Shown piece by piece: positions 1 to 8,711 of a DNA stretch of 39,196 nucleotides; position 1 is the first letter of the stretch, and every line of letters starts with the position of its first letter. Under the pieces are notes generated by a model that saw only the letters and a program-made list of their open reading frames with translations, searched no databases and was not told the origin of the DNA. Source of the stretch: a virus (taxonomy: Duplodnaviria; Caudoviricetes). The DNA lies in the IMG/VR virus record IMGVR_UViG_3300028585_000045, positions 1 through 39,196 of that record; one strand, written 5' to 3'. Both the position numbers and the translations under genes were made by a program.

Positions 1-53
1 GCCTCGAACTCGGCGCCGGAGAACTGGGTGGGGCGGTGAAAGTCTCTGGACAT
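1..53 (-). CDS. 5' end of a host gene (MSRDFHRPTQFSGAEFE...), running off the window
   Basis: ATG at 53-51 on the minus strand with an open frame to the window edge. It sits 7 nt downstream of a TATCGT -10 box, the spacing of a leaderless transcript. Confidence 0.5.
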   Translation of the reverse strand, partial: MSRDFHRPTQFSGAEFE

Positions 54-60
54 CGCGTCA

Positions 61-82
61 ACGATAGGCGCGACCCCTGACA
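61..82 (-). promoter_or_regulatory. PafBC/RecA-NDp-type promoter of the host gene
   Basis: Minus strand reads TGTCAG-GGGTCGCGCC-TATCGT, matching TGTCRG-N10-TA-N3-T. Confidence 0.5.
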
Positions 83-170
83 CCCGGTCGAGATGCCGCT
101 CGCCGGGCCCGCGGACCCGGAGGGCGAGCAGGCGGCGACGGCGTGTGCGATCCCGTATTGTTGACGCCGA

Positions 171-243
171 GGGCCTCTAGCTCAGTTGGTAGAGCATCGG
201 ACTTTTAATCCGCGGGTCATGGGTTCGAGCCCCATGGGGCCCA
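171..243 (+). tRNA. trnK: tRNA-Lys (anticodon TTT), prophage integration target
   Basis: Cloverleaf: acceptor GGGCCTC/GGGGCCC, D arm GCTC/GAGC, anticodon loop CT-TTT-AA, T arm ATGGG-TTCGAGC-CCCAT, discriminator A243. Confidence 0.97.
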
Positions 244-245
244 CC
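202..245 (+). repeat. att core, tRNA-side copy (44 bp)
   Basis: CTTTTAATCCGCGGGTCATGGGTTCGAGCCCCATGGGGCCCACC is identical to 39118-39161. Confidence 0.97.
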
Positions 246-261
246 GTTCACGGGGTTTGAG

Positions 262-1437
262 CTACCCCACTGGGCTCGACTCCGAAGAAACTCCGAACAT
301 TCGCGTGAGCTTCGCTGCAGATTCGTCTCCCCCGGCACGACGCGACATGTAGACGTCTTGAGTCATGGACGGTCTCTTGTGCCCGAGGTACTCCGCAATA
401 GCTCGGGCTGAGAGGCCGGACACATCTAGGGCCGTCGCTACCGTCTTACGGAAGGCGTGCGAGCTGAGTCCTGGGTAACCCAGCCTGTCGCGGTTCGCGC
501 GCCAATCTGATTCCGTGTTGGAGGTGTCACGAAGCTTGCCGAGCATCGACGGGAACACGAGCTCGTCGGATGGCAGGTCGGCTGCCTGTCGTCGCCGCAG
601 TAGCTCGAGCACGTCGTCAGGTACATGGATGGTGCGTGCCGAGGACTTTGTTTTTCCGTGCTCTTGGAGAACGAGCCCCATCCCCTTGGCCCTACCTACG
701 GTGGCGCGGAACGTGACGGTCCTGCCCTCAAAGTCGACGTAGTGCCAGCGCAGTGCCAACGCTTCACCAATGCGGCATCCGGTGAAGAGCATGAACTCAA
801 GCAAGTCGCTGAGGTCGAGTCGCTGCATCTCGGCGTCGTTGCGCACGACTTGCCTGAATCTCGGCACCTCGTCGAGCGGAATAGCAGACGACGCGCGCGA
901 GGGGCCCTTGGCGATCCCCTCGATGGCAGCGACCGGGTTGCTTCGAAGAGCGTCATTCCTAACGGCCATGGCGAACATGCCGCTGAGGACAGAGCGACAA
1001 CCTTTGGCCGCACCCGGTCCATTCTCCTTGGCGACGGTCGTCATGAATCGCTGTAGGCGCGCTGGCGTCGCTTCGGACACGCGCAGGTCCCCGAGCAGGG
1101 GCTTGATGATCTTGGTCAAGTTGTGGCGGTAGGTGTCGATCGTTCGCATTGTCTTGCCGGCGTCGACCTTCGCCTGTAGGAACGTGTCCCCCAAGACGGA
1201 GAGCCGAGTATCGGCGTCGATGGTGAGAGCCAGGCCGGCAGGAGCGGAGATGTCAGTCAGCGCTTCCTTGAGCGCTTGTACAGCCTTACTGCTCGTCTTC
1301 CCAGCGCGGACGCGTTCGACCTGCCGCCGCTTGCCATCCTCGAAGCGGTACAGCGTGCGAGCGCGCCATTGCCCCGGTGCGATCTCGGCCACGTTGATAA
1401 CCCCGTACGTGCCAATGGGATTGCGAGGCCTAGGCAC
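262..1437 (-). CDS. int: Tyrosine integrase
   Basis: Catalytic motifs TGCRIGEALAL, K in GKTKSS, HAFRK, and LGH...TQDVY. Likely start is GTG 1437 (MPRPRNPIG), overlapping the repressor stop. Confidence 0.95.
   Translation of the reverse strand: MPRPRNPIGTYGVINVAEIAPGQWRARTLYRFEDGKRRQVERVRAGKTSSKAVQALKEALTDISAPAGLALTIDADTRLSVLGDTFLQAKVDAGKTMRTIDTYRHNLTKIIKPLLGDLRVSEATPARLQRFMTTVAKENGPGAAKGCRSVLSGMFAMAVRNDALRSNPVAAIEGIAKGPSRASSAIPLDEVPRFRQVVRNDAEMQRLDLSDLLEFMLFTGCRIGEALALRWHYVDFEGRTVTFRATVGRAKGMGLVLQEHGKTKSSARTIHVPDDVLELLRRRQAADLPSDELVFPSMLGKLRDTSNTESDWRANRDRLGYPGLSSHAFRKTVATALDVSGLSARAIAEYLGHKRPSMTQDVYMSRRAGGDESAAKLTRMFGVSSESSPVG
279..298 (+). promoter_or_regulatory. Putative integrase arm-type sites (ACTCCGAA x2)
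   Basis: ACTCCGAA at 279 and 290 (11-bp period); the same motif recurs at 38998 and 39009. Confidence 0.7.
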
Positions 1438-2230
1438 GACGACCACGGGGCTTCGATGGCACCGCCGCGCCAGTTCCTGGATCCAAGACGGGTGCCCCGA
1501 GACCTGGCCTATCGCCCTGCCCGTAATCCAGGTCACTGTCATTGGCGATGAACTCGACTACGGCAAGCCGTACTCGATCCAAGCGGTCGAGAACGCGCGC
1601 AGGCACCCGGCTGATGTTGAATGCGTCAGCGAATCGACCGTGCGACCACGACAGAGCTTCACGGTAAGCGTCAATCAACTCCTGCTCGTCGTCGTGGCTG
1701 TCTTCGCCGAAGTCGATTTGTCGCTGCTCGATCGCGACTGAGCGACCGGTCCCGGCGACGTACAGCGCCACGTCACCGTCTGCGATCTTCTCGCCAGTCT
1801 CGCGCAACTCACGGAGCTTGAGGATGCTGAAGAGCTTTTCCTCGGCGCGATTGAGGGCACCGATGAAGTTCCTATGCTCAGGCGAGATGGTCCCAACAGC
1901 CTCGAAGTCCATGACGTCGGTAGCAGCCAGGTATTCCAGCGAAGTCATTCCGTCATACGGAGGCGCAAGCCCCTCAAAGTCGAGCTTTGCCCAGGGGTCG
2001 TTCAACTCGACGAGCAGCTCAAGAGGGGACAGCTCCAGTCCACTTGCGATCAGCGCAACTTCGGAGAAAGAGGGGTCCGCTTTCCTGCCGCTTTCGATAT
2101 TTGATATGACCGCTCGCGTGATGCGCTCGCTAGGGATGAGATCGGCAAGAGCGCTTGCCGACAGTCCCGTCTCTCGTCGAAGTCGAGCCAGCCGCAAGCC
2201 GAGCGGCGTCACCTCGTAGTTTTGCGCCAT
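1430..2230 (-). CDS. XRE-family HTH immunity repressor
   Basis: N-terminal HTH LGLRLARLRRETGLSASALAD...ISNIESGRK. Divergent from the early operon and directly upstream of int. Confidence 0.85.
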   Translation of the reverse strand: MAQNYEVTPLGLRLARLRRETGLSASALADLIPSERITRAVISNIESGRKADPSFSEVALIASGLELSPLELLVELNDPWAKLDFEGLAPPYDGMTSLEYLAATDVMDFEAVGTISPEHRNFIGALNRAEEKLFSILKLRELRETGEKIADGDVALYVAGTGRSVAIEQRQIDFGEDSHDDEQELIDAYREALSWSHGRFADAFNISRVPARVLDRLDRVRLAVVEFIANDSDLDYGQGDRPGLGAPVLDPGTGAAVPSKPRGRRA

Positions 2231-2320
2231 TTTGAATCAATCCCTCTTTTTCGCGCGTCGTATTGCGGCAGATGCCTACGGCTAGTACTCTCGTCACATC
2301 GAAGCAATCCGTTAGGTGAT

Positions 2321-2337
2321 TGTCTCAAATTGAGTCA
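2321..2337. promoter_or_regulatory. Candidate operator (17-bp imperfect palindrome)
   Basis: TGTCTCAAATTGAGTCA lies in the divergent repressor/xis intergenic region, just before the xis RBS. Confidence 0.5.
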
Positions 2338-2346
2338 GGAGAGCCA

Positions 2347-2547
2347 ATGGTACAGGGCACCCAGCGGTCAAGTTCGCCCAAGCTTGACATCAATGAACTC
2401 GCTTCCCAGCTAGGCGTCAGCACAGCGACCCTCTACCGGTGGAGAAGCACGGGCGCTGACATGCCCCGTGGCTTCAAGGTCGGCGCTCGCGTCCGTTGGA
2501 CTCAGGAGTCCGTAGACGACTGGATCGACAAGCAGATGGCGAACTAG
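2347..2547 (+). CDS. AlpA/excisionase-like HTH protein
   Basis: LDINELASQLGVSTATLYRWR...GFKVGARVRWTQESVDDWI; GGAGAG RBS before ATG 2347. Confidence 0.85.
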   Translation: MVQGTQRSSSPKLDINELASQLGVSTATLYRWRSTGADMPRGFKVGARVRWTQESVDDWIDKQMAN

Positions 2548-2562
2548 CCAGAGCCGCTCAAC

Positions 2563-2581
2563 AGCGCCCCTTGGGGGCGCT
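2563..2581 (+). terminator. Hairpin, putative early terminator
   Basis: AGCGCCCC-TTG-GGGGCGCT directly after the xis stop. Confidence 0.55.
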
Positions 2582-2879
2582 AATTGTTGCGCTCAAAAAC
2601 GCTGGCACCAGTAGTCCCCATCACACGGCGGCGCTGATCGGTGGCAGGCCCTCACGTACGGGGCGAGAACTTCACACAAGACAAGCGCGACGACGGCCAG
2701 GTACGGGAGCAGCAGCCCCTACACGGTGACCGAATGGTGGGTCACCAGGCAGAAGCCGTCATCGCGTGTTCGTCCGGCAGGTATGTCCCTGCCGGCACCG
2801 CAAGCCCCCGGTAATGCAAATGGCCCCGGCTGGTGTCCTACCACCGGCGAGGCCCGAACCCCGAAGGGAACCAAATCAC

Positions 2880-3203
2880 ATGAACAGTGTACCTGAATGG
2901 GCCGTCGACACGGTGGCCGCACATGAGAACGACGGCGTGCACACCTGGCACGTCGGACAGAGAGTCCCCGTGGCCCTCGACCTCCCCCGCAGCACCTCCC
3001 ACAACCCGCACCTCGCGGCACCCACCGTCGCTGTCGTCCCAAACCGGCTCGACAAGCACAACGACGACAACAGCGTGACTGATGGCGAGACGTTCTACTG
3101 GGTCGACATCAGCGTCAATTACGCCGACCTCGAGGGCACCAAGACCGAACTGGCCGCTGCGTTCGCGGCGATCCTCGCAGCCATCCCCGACGACGCAGCA
3201 TGA
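2880..3203 (+). CDS. Hypothetical phage protein
   Basis: ATG 2880 after GAAGGGA; phage-like codon usage; ATGA overlap with the next gene. Confidence 0.7.
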   Translation: MNSVPEWAVDTVAAHENDGVHTWHVGQRVPVALDLPRSTSHNPHLAAPTVAVVPNRLDKHNDDNSVTDGETFYWVDISVNYADLEGTKTELAAAFAAILAAIPDDAA

Positions 3204-3352
3204 CCCGTGCTGAGCGTCGCCACGCGCACCTCATCGCACCTCTCATGCGGGCCGCACGTGCCGCTCGCGATCTCTGGGCCGTCATCGGCGTCGCCCTACT
3301 CATCAACGCTGCAGCCCCCGCGCTGCTCTCAGCCATTGGAGTCCAGTCATGA
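3200..3352 (+). CDS. Small membrane protein (50 aa, absent from the ORF track)
   Basis: MTRAERRHAHLIAPLMRAARAARDLWAVIGVALLINAAAPALLSAIGVQS; ATGA overlaps at both ends. Confidence 0.65.
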   Translation: MTRAERRHAHLIAPLMRAARAARDLWAVIGVALLINAAAPALLSAIGVQS

Positions 3353-3624
3353 GCAAGACGACCCGCGCCAACCGCCGCCAGTTCAACAGCGACACCCGCA
3401 TCATCGCCCGCAACCTCAGAGCCGCAGCCAGACACGACGGCATGACGTGGCGCGAGCTGAGAGCCGTCGAACAGCGCCACCGCATCCCCGCCGGACGACT
3501 GCTCCTCGCGCTCGCCGGCATCAGGCTGCTCGCCTCGGACATGATCCTGCTGCAGTTCGAGCTGGGCCTCAGCGTCTCGCAGGTATTCGCCGGGACGTCG
3601 CGGAGCAAGCAGGTGCCCGCATGA
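3349..3624 (+). CDS. Hypothetical phage protein
   Basis: ATGA-coupled to both neighbours. Confidence 0.65.
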   Translation: MSKTTRANRRQFNSDTRIIARNLRAAARHDGMTWRELRAVEQRHRIPAGRLLLALAGIRLLASDMILLQFELGLSVSQVFAGTSRSKQVPA

Positions 3625-4139
3625 CCATCTACGTCCCCGCACCCGCTGACATGTCGGACCAGGCACGCGAGGCGCTGGCCGACGTGCTCAGCACCAGCGT
3701 CGACCCCGAGTCGCTGCTCGACCCGGCGCACCACACCACCGAGGACAGCCTCACGACCGCTGACGAGCTGACCCGGCTGGGATACCTCGTGCCCGCCGAG
3801 ACCGCAGGCTTCGTCAAGTTCACACTCGAGCTGGCACCGAGACCGGAACCCGCGGACGGCGAGGCATCCGACCTGCAGCCCGCCATGGACGCGCTCAAGT
3901 CCATCATGCGGACCGCCCGCCCCGGGGCGCTCCCCGCCGACCTCATGGCCGGCGTGGGCGTGGACAGCACCCCCGGCGGCTACCGCCTGGTCTCGACACT
4001 GCACAGCATCCTGCTGCTTGCCGGATACACGGCCAGCGGACGCATCGCCCCCGAGGCCGTCGCGGCCCACCTCACCCCGATCACGGCGATCCTCGCTCGT
4101 TCGATCACCTCAGGGGGTGCCCCAGACGATGCCCCGTGA
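3621..4139 (+). CDS. Hypothetical phage protein
   Basis: Start ATG 3621 (MTIYVPAP) overlaps the previous stop. Confidence 0.7.
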   Translation: MTIYVPAPADMSDQAREALADVLSTSVDPESLLDPAHHTTEDSLTTADELTRLGYLVPAETAGFVKFTLELAPRPEPADGEASDLQPAMDALKSIMRTARPGALPADLMAGVGVDSTPGGYRLVSTLHSILLLAGYTASGRIAPEAVAAHLTPITAILARSITSGGAPDDAP

Positions 4140-5085
4140 CCGCGCCAACATCAGAACCAACATCTGGGCAAGTACCGACTGGCGTCGTCTGACCAAGGGG
4201 GCACAGCAGCTCTACATGATGCTGCTGAGTCACCCCGACCTGAGCTACGCGGGAGTGTGCGACTGGCGACCAGGGCGGCTTGCTCAGATGACAACTGGGG
4301 AGACCTCCGAATCAGTAACACGAGACGCGGACGAACTGCAGCGGCATCACTTCGTGCTGCGAGACGACGTGACCGAAGAGGTGTGCATCCGTTCATTTCT
4401 GAAACACGACGGCTTGCTCCGGCACCCGCAGCTGTCGGTCTCATTCGCCAACGCCTATGCCGCTGTTGCGTCTCCGACCATCCGAGAAGTCATCGCACAC
4501 GAGGCCCAAAAGCTTCACCTGTCGGAACCAAGTCTCGTCGCCTGGACAAAGCATCAGGTGCGAACGATTCTCTCGGAACCGGCACGCGACCTGAAAGCAA
4601 ACCCCGTTGGGGCTGAGCCAGCACCCCAGCCAGCACCCCGTTTAGGGGCTAGCTCCATCCGGCCCCGGGGGGCAACCACTACTACGTCTACTACTACGGC
4701 TACAGAAAAACCTTTGTCGCCCGCTAAAGCGGACGACGACGGGCATCTGATCCCTTCTGACTGGGCACCGAATCAGAAGCACCGTGACAAAGCGAAGTCG
4801 CTGAACATCGACGTCGACCGCCAGGCAGAGCGCTTCGTCGAGCACGCCAACCGGACCGTCAGACGGCTCAAGAACTGGAACACCGGATTTACGAACTGGC
4901 TCAACAAGCAAGCCGTGTTCACGCAGCAACGCGCTGCGTCACCGACCGCCGGTCAAGCGCAGGCCCCTGCGCCGCGCCTGACTGCCGTCGAGCTGAACCT
5001 CATCAACTACCAGCAGAGATACAAGGAGCCGAACGATGGACAAGCGGGAGACCGAACAGCTATTGATTCAGGCATCGGCCATTGA
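4129..5085 (+). CDS. Phage replication initiator-like protein
   Basis: N-terminus IWASTDWRRLTKGAQQLYMMLLSHPDLSYAGVCDW is typical of actinophage Rep proteins. It has a low-complexity repeat linker and a C-terminal IPSDWAP...RF...NWNTGFTNWL domain, and lies upstream of the loader and helicase. Confidence 0.75.
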   Translation: MPRDRANIRTNIWASTDWRRLTKGAQQLYMMLLSHPDLSYAGVCDWRPGRLAQMTTGETSESVTRDADELQRHHFVLRDDVTEEVCIRSFLKHDGLLRHPQLSVSFANAYAAVASPTIREVIAHEAQKLHLSEPSLVAWTKHQVRTILSEPARDLKANPVGAEPAPQPAPRLGASSIRPRGATTTTSTTTATEKPLSPAKADDDGHLIPSDWAPNQKHRDKAKSLNIDVDRQAERFVEHANRTVRRLKNWNTGFTNWLNKQAVFTQQRAASPTAGQAQAPAPRLTAVELNLINYQQRYKEPNDGQAGDRTAIDSGIGH

Positions 5086-5365
5086 CTCGCGCCGTGTCGT
5101 CGAGCCGGTCGTCGTCGCGTGGCAGGCAGTCCTGTCTGACATCGCGTACGCGGATGCTGAGCGCGCCCTGGTGCAGCACCGCCGCGATCAGCCGGGCGTC
5201 TACCTCGAGCCGGGCCACATCGTGCAGCAGGTCCGTATCGCCCGCCAGCGGCACCGAGAGGTGCATGGCATCCACCCGCCGCCACCGCCCGGGAAGCGAT
5301 GGGCAGTTCAGGTCATCGAAGACATGCCCGGCGACCTCAGTGACGCCCGCGAGCTGCGCTCGTGA
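5036..5365 (+). CDS. Helicase loader/inhibitor (G39P-like)
   Basis: MDKRETEQLL...IDSR...AWQAVLSDIAYADAERAL...LEPGHI pattern; position between initiator and helicase. Confidence 0.6.
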   Translation: MDKRETEQLLIQASAIDSRRVVEPVVVAWQAVLSDIAYADAERALVQHRRDQPGVYLEPGHIVQQVRIARQRHREVHGIHPPPPPGKRWAVQVIEDMPGDLSDARELRS

Positions 5366-5401
5366 ACCCGACCACGCCTGACCCCTACCGAAAGGAGACC
5401 C

Positions 5402-6928
5402 GTGGGCAAAGCATTCGACCGCGTAATTGACGCAGCCAACAGCCAGGGCCTCCGCGTCAAGACGACGGGGAAACAGACCGCCCAGTTTCAAGCGCCCGGG
5501 CACTCCAACGCTGACCTGTCGGTCACCCTGACCGACATCGGCGGGCAGGTGTTGCTGCACTCGCACTCCGACCCGACCGACGACGTTCGCGAAGCGCTGG
5601 GCCTCAAGCTGTCCGACCTGTTCGACGAGCCGAAGGGGGTGACGTACACCTACGGCGACAGCAGACAGGTGCACCGCTCCCCCACCAAACAGTTCCGGCA
5701 GAGCGGCAACACCAAGGGCACGCAGCTCTACCGCGCCGAGAAGATCCCCGCAGCAACGGTCGTCTTTTTCGTCGAAGGGGAGAAAGACGTTCACGCGCTC
5801 GAGTCCGCCGGTGCTGTCGCAACCTGCATCGCCATGGGCGCAGGCAAAGCGCATCTGTTCGACCTGACTCCGCTCTACGGCAAGCACGTCCGCATCGTTC
5901 GCGACCTCGACGAACCGGGTATGCAGCACGCGATGGACGTCGCCGGGATCCTCGAGGGCAAAGCGGCATCCGTGAAGCTGCTCAGCGCTGCCGAGGGGAA
6001 AGATGCCGCCGACCATATCGGCAGCGGTCACACCCTCGACGACTTTCGTGAAGAGCAGTTCCCCGCCCCGGTCGTCCCGGTCGACGCCGACTTTGAGCTG
6101 CAGGTCGAGCAGATCATGCTGTTCGAGCGCGCCAAGACGGAGGCACGCAACCGCCAGGCGGCAACCCATGCCGTCACGCTGGAACCGAAGTTACTCCGCG
6201 ACATTCTCGCCGCCGACGTCACCTACGACTGGCTTGTGGAGGGACTGCTCGAGACGCAAGACCGGCTGATCCTCACCGGCGGTGAGGGTGCGGGCAAGTC
6301 GTACCTGACACGGCAAATCGCCATCAGCATCGCAGCGGGCGTCCACCCGTTCCGAGTCACGGAGCAGATCGAACCGCGCCGCGTGCTGGTCATCGACGCG
6401 GAGAACAGCGAACGGCAGTGGGCACGCAACACCAAGTACGTGACCCATTTGACCGGCAGCCACGGGCGAGGCGACCCCGGCACCAACGTTTTCGTCAGCG
6501 CCGGGACACGCCTCAACTTCAAACTGCAGGCCGATGTCGACACCGTGCACAAGCTCATGGACCAGTTCAAACCCTCAGCGCTCTACATCGGCCCGCTCTA
6601 CAAGATGCTCGACGGGGCGCTCAACAACGACGACGACGCAGCCCCGGTCATCATGGCGCTCGACACGTTCCGCGAACGCGGCGTGGCGCTGCTCATGGAA
6701 GCGCACGCAGGGCACGGCAAAGCCATCGGCGGTGAGCGCGACCTCAGGCCGCGCGGGTCCTCGCAGCTTCTCGGGTGGCCCGAGTTTGGTCTCGGTCTGC
6801 GATCGATGGAAGAGGACGACAACTTGGCCACGCTCGTCCACTGGCGCGGTGACCGTGACGTCCGCAACTGGCCCGGACGACTCCGACGCGGCGTCGTCGG
6901 CGAAATGCCATGGATGCCCGCTTACTAG
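5402..6928 (+). CDS. Toprim primase / RecA-family (AAA_25-like) helicase fusion
   Basis: Toprim VEGEKD, DLDEPG and GKDAAD motifs; Walker A GGEGAGKS; AH and PRGSS helicase motifs. Confidence 0.88.
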   Translation: MGKAFDRVIDAANSQGLRVKTTGKQTAQFQAPGHSNADLSVTLTDIGGQVLLHSHSDPTDDVREALGLKLSDLFDEPKGVTYTYGDSRQVHRSPTKQFRQSGNTKGTQLYRAEKIPAATVVFFVEGEKDVHALESAGAVATCIAMGAGKAHLFDLTPLYGKHVRIVRDLDEPGMQHAMDVAGILEGKAASVKLLSAAEGKDAADHIGSGHTLDDFREEQFPAPVVPVDADFELQVEQIMLFERAKTEARNRQAATHAVTLEPKLLRDILAADVTYDWLVEGLLETQDRLILTGGEGAGKSYLTRQIAISIAAGVHPFRVTEQIEPRRVLVIDAENSERQWARNTKYVTHLTGSHGRGDPGTNVFVSAGTRLNFKLQADVDTVHKLMDQFKPSALYIGPLYKMLDGALNNDDDAAPVIMALDTFRERGVALLMEAHAGHGKAIGGERDLRPRGSSQLLGWPEFGLGLRSMEEDDNLATLVHWRGDRDVRNWPGRLRRGVVGEMPWMPAY

Positions 6929-6981
6929 TCCGCCCCAAAACACCTATCCCACTTTCTGCGCCACGGAACGGAGACCCCCGT

Positions 6982-7878
6982 ATGACCCAACAGTCCGACA
7001 CTCTCGAGCTCACACCCGACCAGATCCTCCACCTCGCCACGGCCCGCGCTCGCCGCAGCCTGGTTGAAGCACCCGGACTGATCGCCTACGTCCGCACACT
7101 CATCACCCCCGGACTCGGCGGGGCCAGCGACGGCATGCCACGACCCGCATCAAAGACGGCACCACTCCCCCTCAGAGCCGATGCCGTCGACGACACTGAC
7201 GACGTCTTCGCCCGGCTGCTGCACTGGGTCAGCTACTGGGCCGGCGTCTACCGACTCGCCCCGCCCTCGAGCATGCAGGTCCACTGGGCACAGGACGGCG
7301 AAGTAACTGGCTTTCGCGCCTCCACCCCGCCGGAGGGTGCCGGTGCGCTCACCCAGCAGGCGACCCTCTGGTTGCTCGCGCGACACGACCTCATCGCGGG
7401 CCACGACACCGGCATGACCTACTTCGAAGACGTCGCCGACATGATGCGAGACCTTCGTGGTCGATTCCCCCGCGCACCACGTCCGCCCCGAGGTGTCCTC
7501 GATCGCCCCTGCCCCGTCTGCGACCAGTACGCGTTCGGCGCTACATGGACGGGTGGGTCCGTCGATCAGTTCGAGCTCCGATGCTCCAAGTGCGAACACA
7601 CCGAAGACGCAGCGTCGTTCATCAAAGCCGGCCGCGTGCGCGAGCTACTCCACGAACTGCGCGAGGAGCACGCCGAACCCAAATCGGAGTGGTGGTCGAA
7701 GCGCCAGGCAGCACTCGAACTCGGGATCACACCCCAGACTCTCAACCGTTACATCGCTGAGGGGCTCAGCACCGTCACCCTCGTTGGTGGCGTCTACGTC
7801 AAGACCGACGATCTCCTTGACCTGTGGCGAGAAAAAAGGCTGCGCATGAAGACACGCGCCGCGACACGGACCGCATGA
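6982..7878 (+). CDS. Zn-finger/HTH protein, probable late-transcription regulator
   Basis: CPVC...CSKC zinc ribbon and C-terminal HTH (SKRQAALELGITPQTLNRYI); last gene of the early operon. Confidence 0.65.
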   Translation: MTQQSDTLELTPDQILHLATARARRSLVEAPGLIAYVRTLITPGLGGASDGMPRPASKTAPLPLRADAVDDTDDVFARLLHWVSYWAGVYRLAPPSSMQVHWAQDGEVTGFRASTPPEGAGALTQQATLWLLARHDLIAGHDTGMTYFEDVADMMRDLRGRFPRAPRPPRGVLDRPCPVCDQYAFGATWTGGSVDQFELRCSKCEHTEDAASFIKAGRVRELLHELREEHAEPKSEWWSKRQAALELGITPQTLNRYIAEGLSTVTLVGGVYVKTDDLLDLWREKRLRMKTRAATRTA

Positions 7879-7922
7879 ACTAGCGCCTGTTCAGATCTCT
7901 GTTAAGCTTTGCTCAAGCAACC

Positions 7923-7955
7923 GGTCCGCCCGCAGGTATCCACCTCGGGCGGACC
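7923..7955 (+). terminator. Hairpin, putative terminator
   Basis: GGTCCGCCCG...CGGGCGGACC 10-bp stem followed by TGTATTT. Confidence 0.6.
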
Positions 7956-8102
7956 TGTATTTAACCCGTCACGTCATTCACTTCACTGACTGGGGCTGTA
8001 GCAGCTGGCCAGGCGGCCTGGCCTTCTGATGCAACAGGCTCCAGCCGTGAAATATCGACGCAATGCCTGAACAGGCGATAACACTTCGCTAGTCTTCACA
8101 CC

Positions 8103-8711
8103 ATGACCCGGATCGAAGGCGAAACGGCCCAGGCCAAAGGGGCCGATGGCGCTCGACGGGCGAAGCGATGGTTGGAGTCGACCACCCGCGTCAATGCCCA
8201 GTGGGTCAATCCGGACCCCCCAGCCGTCGCCAAGCTGACGTTTGCATGGCCTCATGGAGGCCAAAACTTCTCCTTCGACCTGGGCGGGCTACTAAAGTAC
8301 GGTGATCTCGACGGTCACCTCTTTTTTGCTGAGTCTAAGAACTACGCGGCCCCATCCGACCTCCGCGAGCACTACTCGAAATTTCTTGCCCAGTGCTACG
8401 TGGCATACCTGGACAAACCGGCTTACTGCGACCATTTCATGTGGATCGCCTGGAGCCCCCACGATATTACGAAGTGGCCGACGCTGACCACTGCCGACTA
8501 CGTGAAAAAGCACGTCGTCCTCCACCGGGCGCGGGTGTTCGGTGATGGAGTCTCCGAAGTCGACGCAGAAGCGCTGATCGACGAAGAGGCGGTCTCAGCG
8601 GTTGCGAGCAGACTCTGGCTCATCATTCTCTCCGAAAAGCAGGAAACGCTTGTGATTTCCAAGGAGCACAGGGGCGTTATCGACCAATACGAAGCAGTGA
8701 AGGGCGACTGA
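8103..8711 (+). CDS. PD-(D/E)xK restriction-endonuclease-fold protein
   Basis: SFDLGG...FFAESKNY gives a D...ExK catalytic motif after an N-terminal helix. TAGTCT -10 box lies 7 nt before the ATG (leaderless spacing). Confidence 0.7.
   Translation: MTRIEGETAQAKGADGARRAKRWLESTTRVNAQWVNPDPPAVAKLTFAWPHGGQNFSFDLGGLLKYGDLDGHLFFAESKNYAAPSDLREHYSKFLAQCYVAYLDKPAYCDHFMWIAWSPHDITKWPTLTTADYVKKHVVLHRARVFGDGVSEVDAEALIDEEAVSAVASRLWLIILSEKQETLVISKEHRGVIDQYEAVKGD

Noticed and set aside
197-213. T-C mismatch at the top of the anticodon stem as phage-induced damage
   Set aside because: The 3' strand is identical in both att copies, so the mismatch predates integration.
1438-1542. N-terminal extension of the integrase in the ORF track
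   Set aside because: It overlaps the repressor coding region; GTG 1437 gives a typical start with a short overlap.
262-2230. Integration-dependent immunity (attP inside the repressor gene)
   Set aside because: The att core lies downstream of int and truncates neither gene.
3207-3620. 5' part of the 310-aa ORF
   Set aside because: Better explained by two ATGA-coupled small genes in other frames; the true start is 3621.
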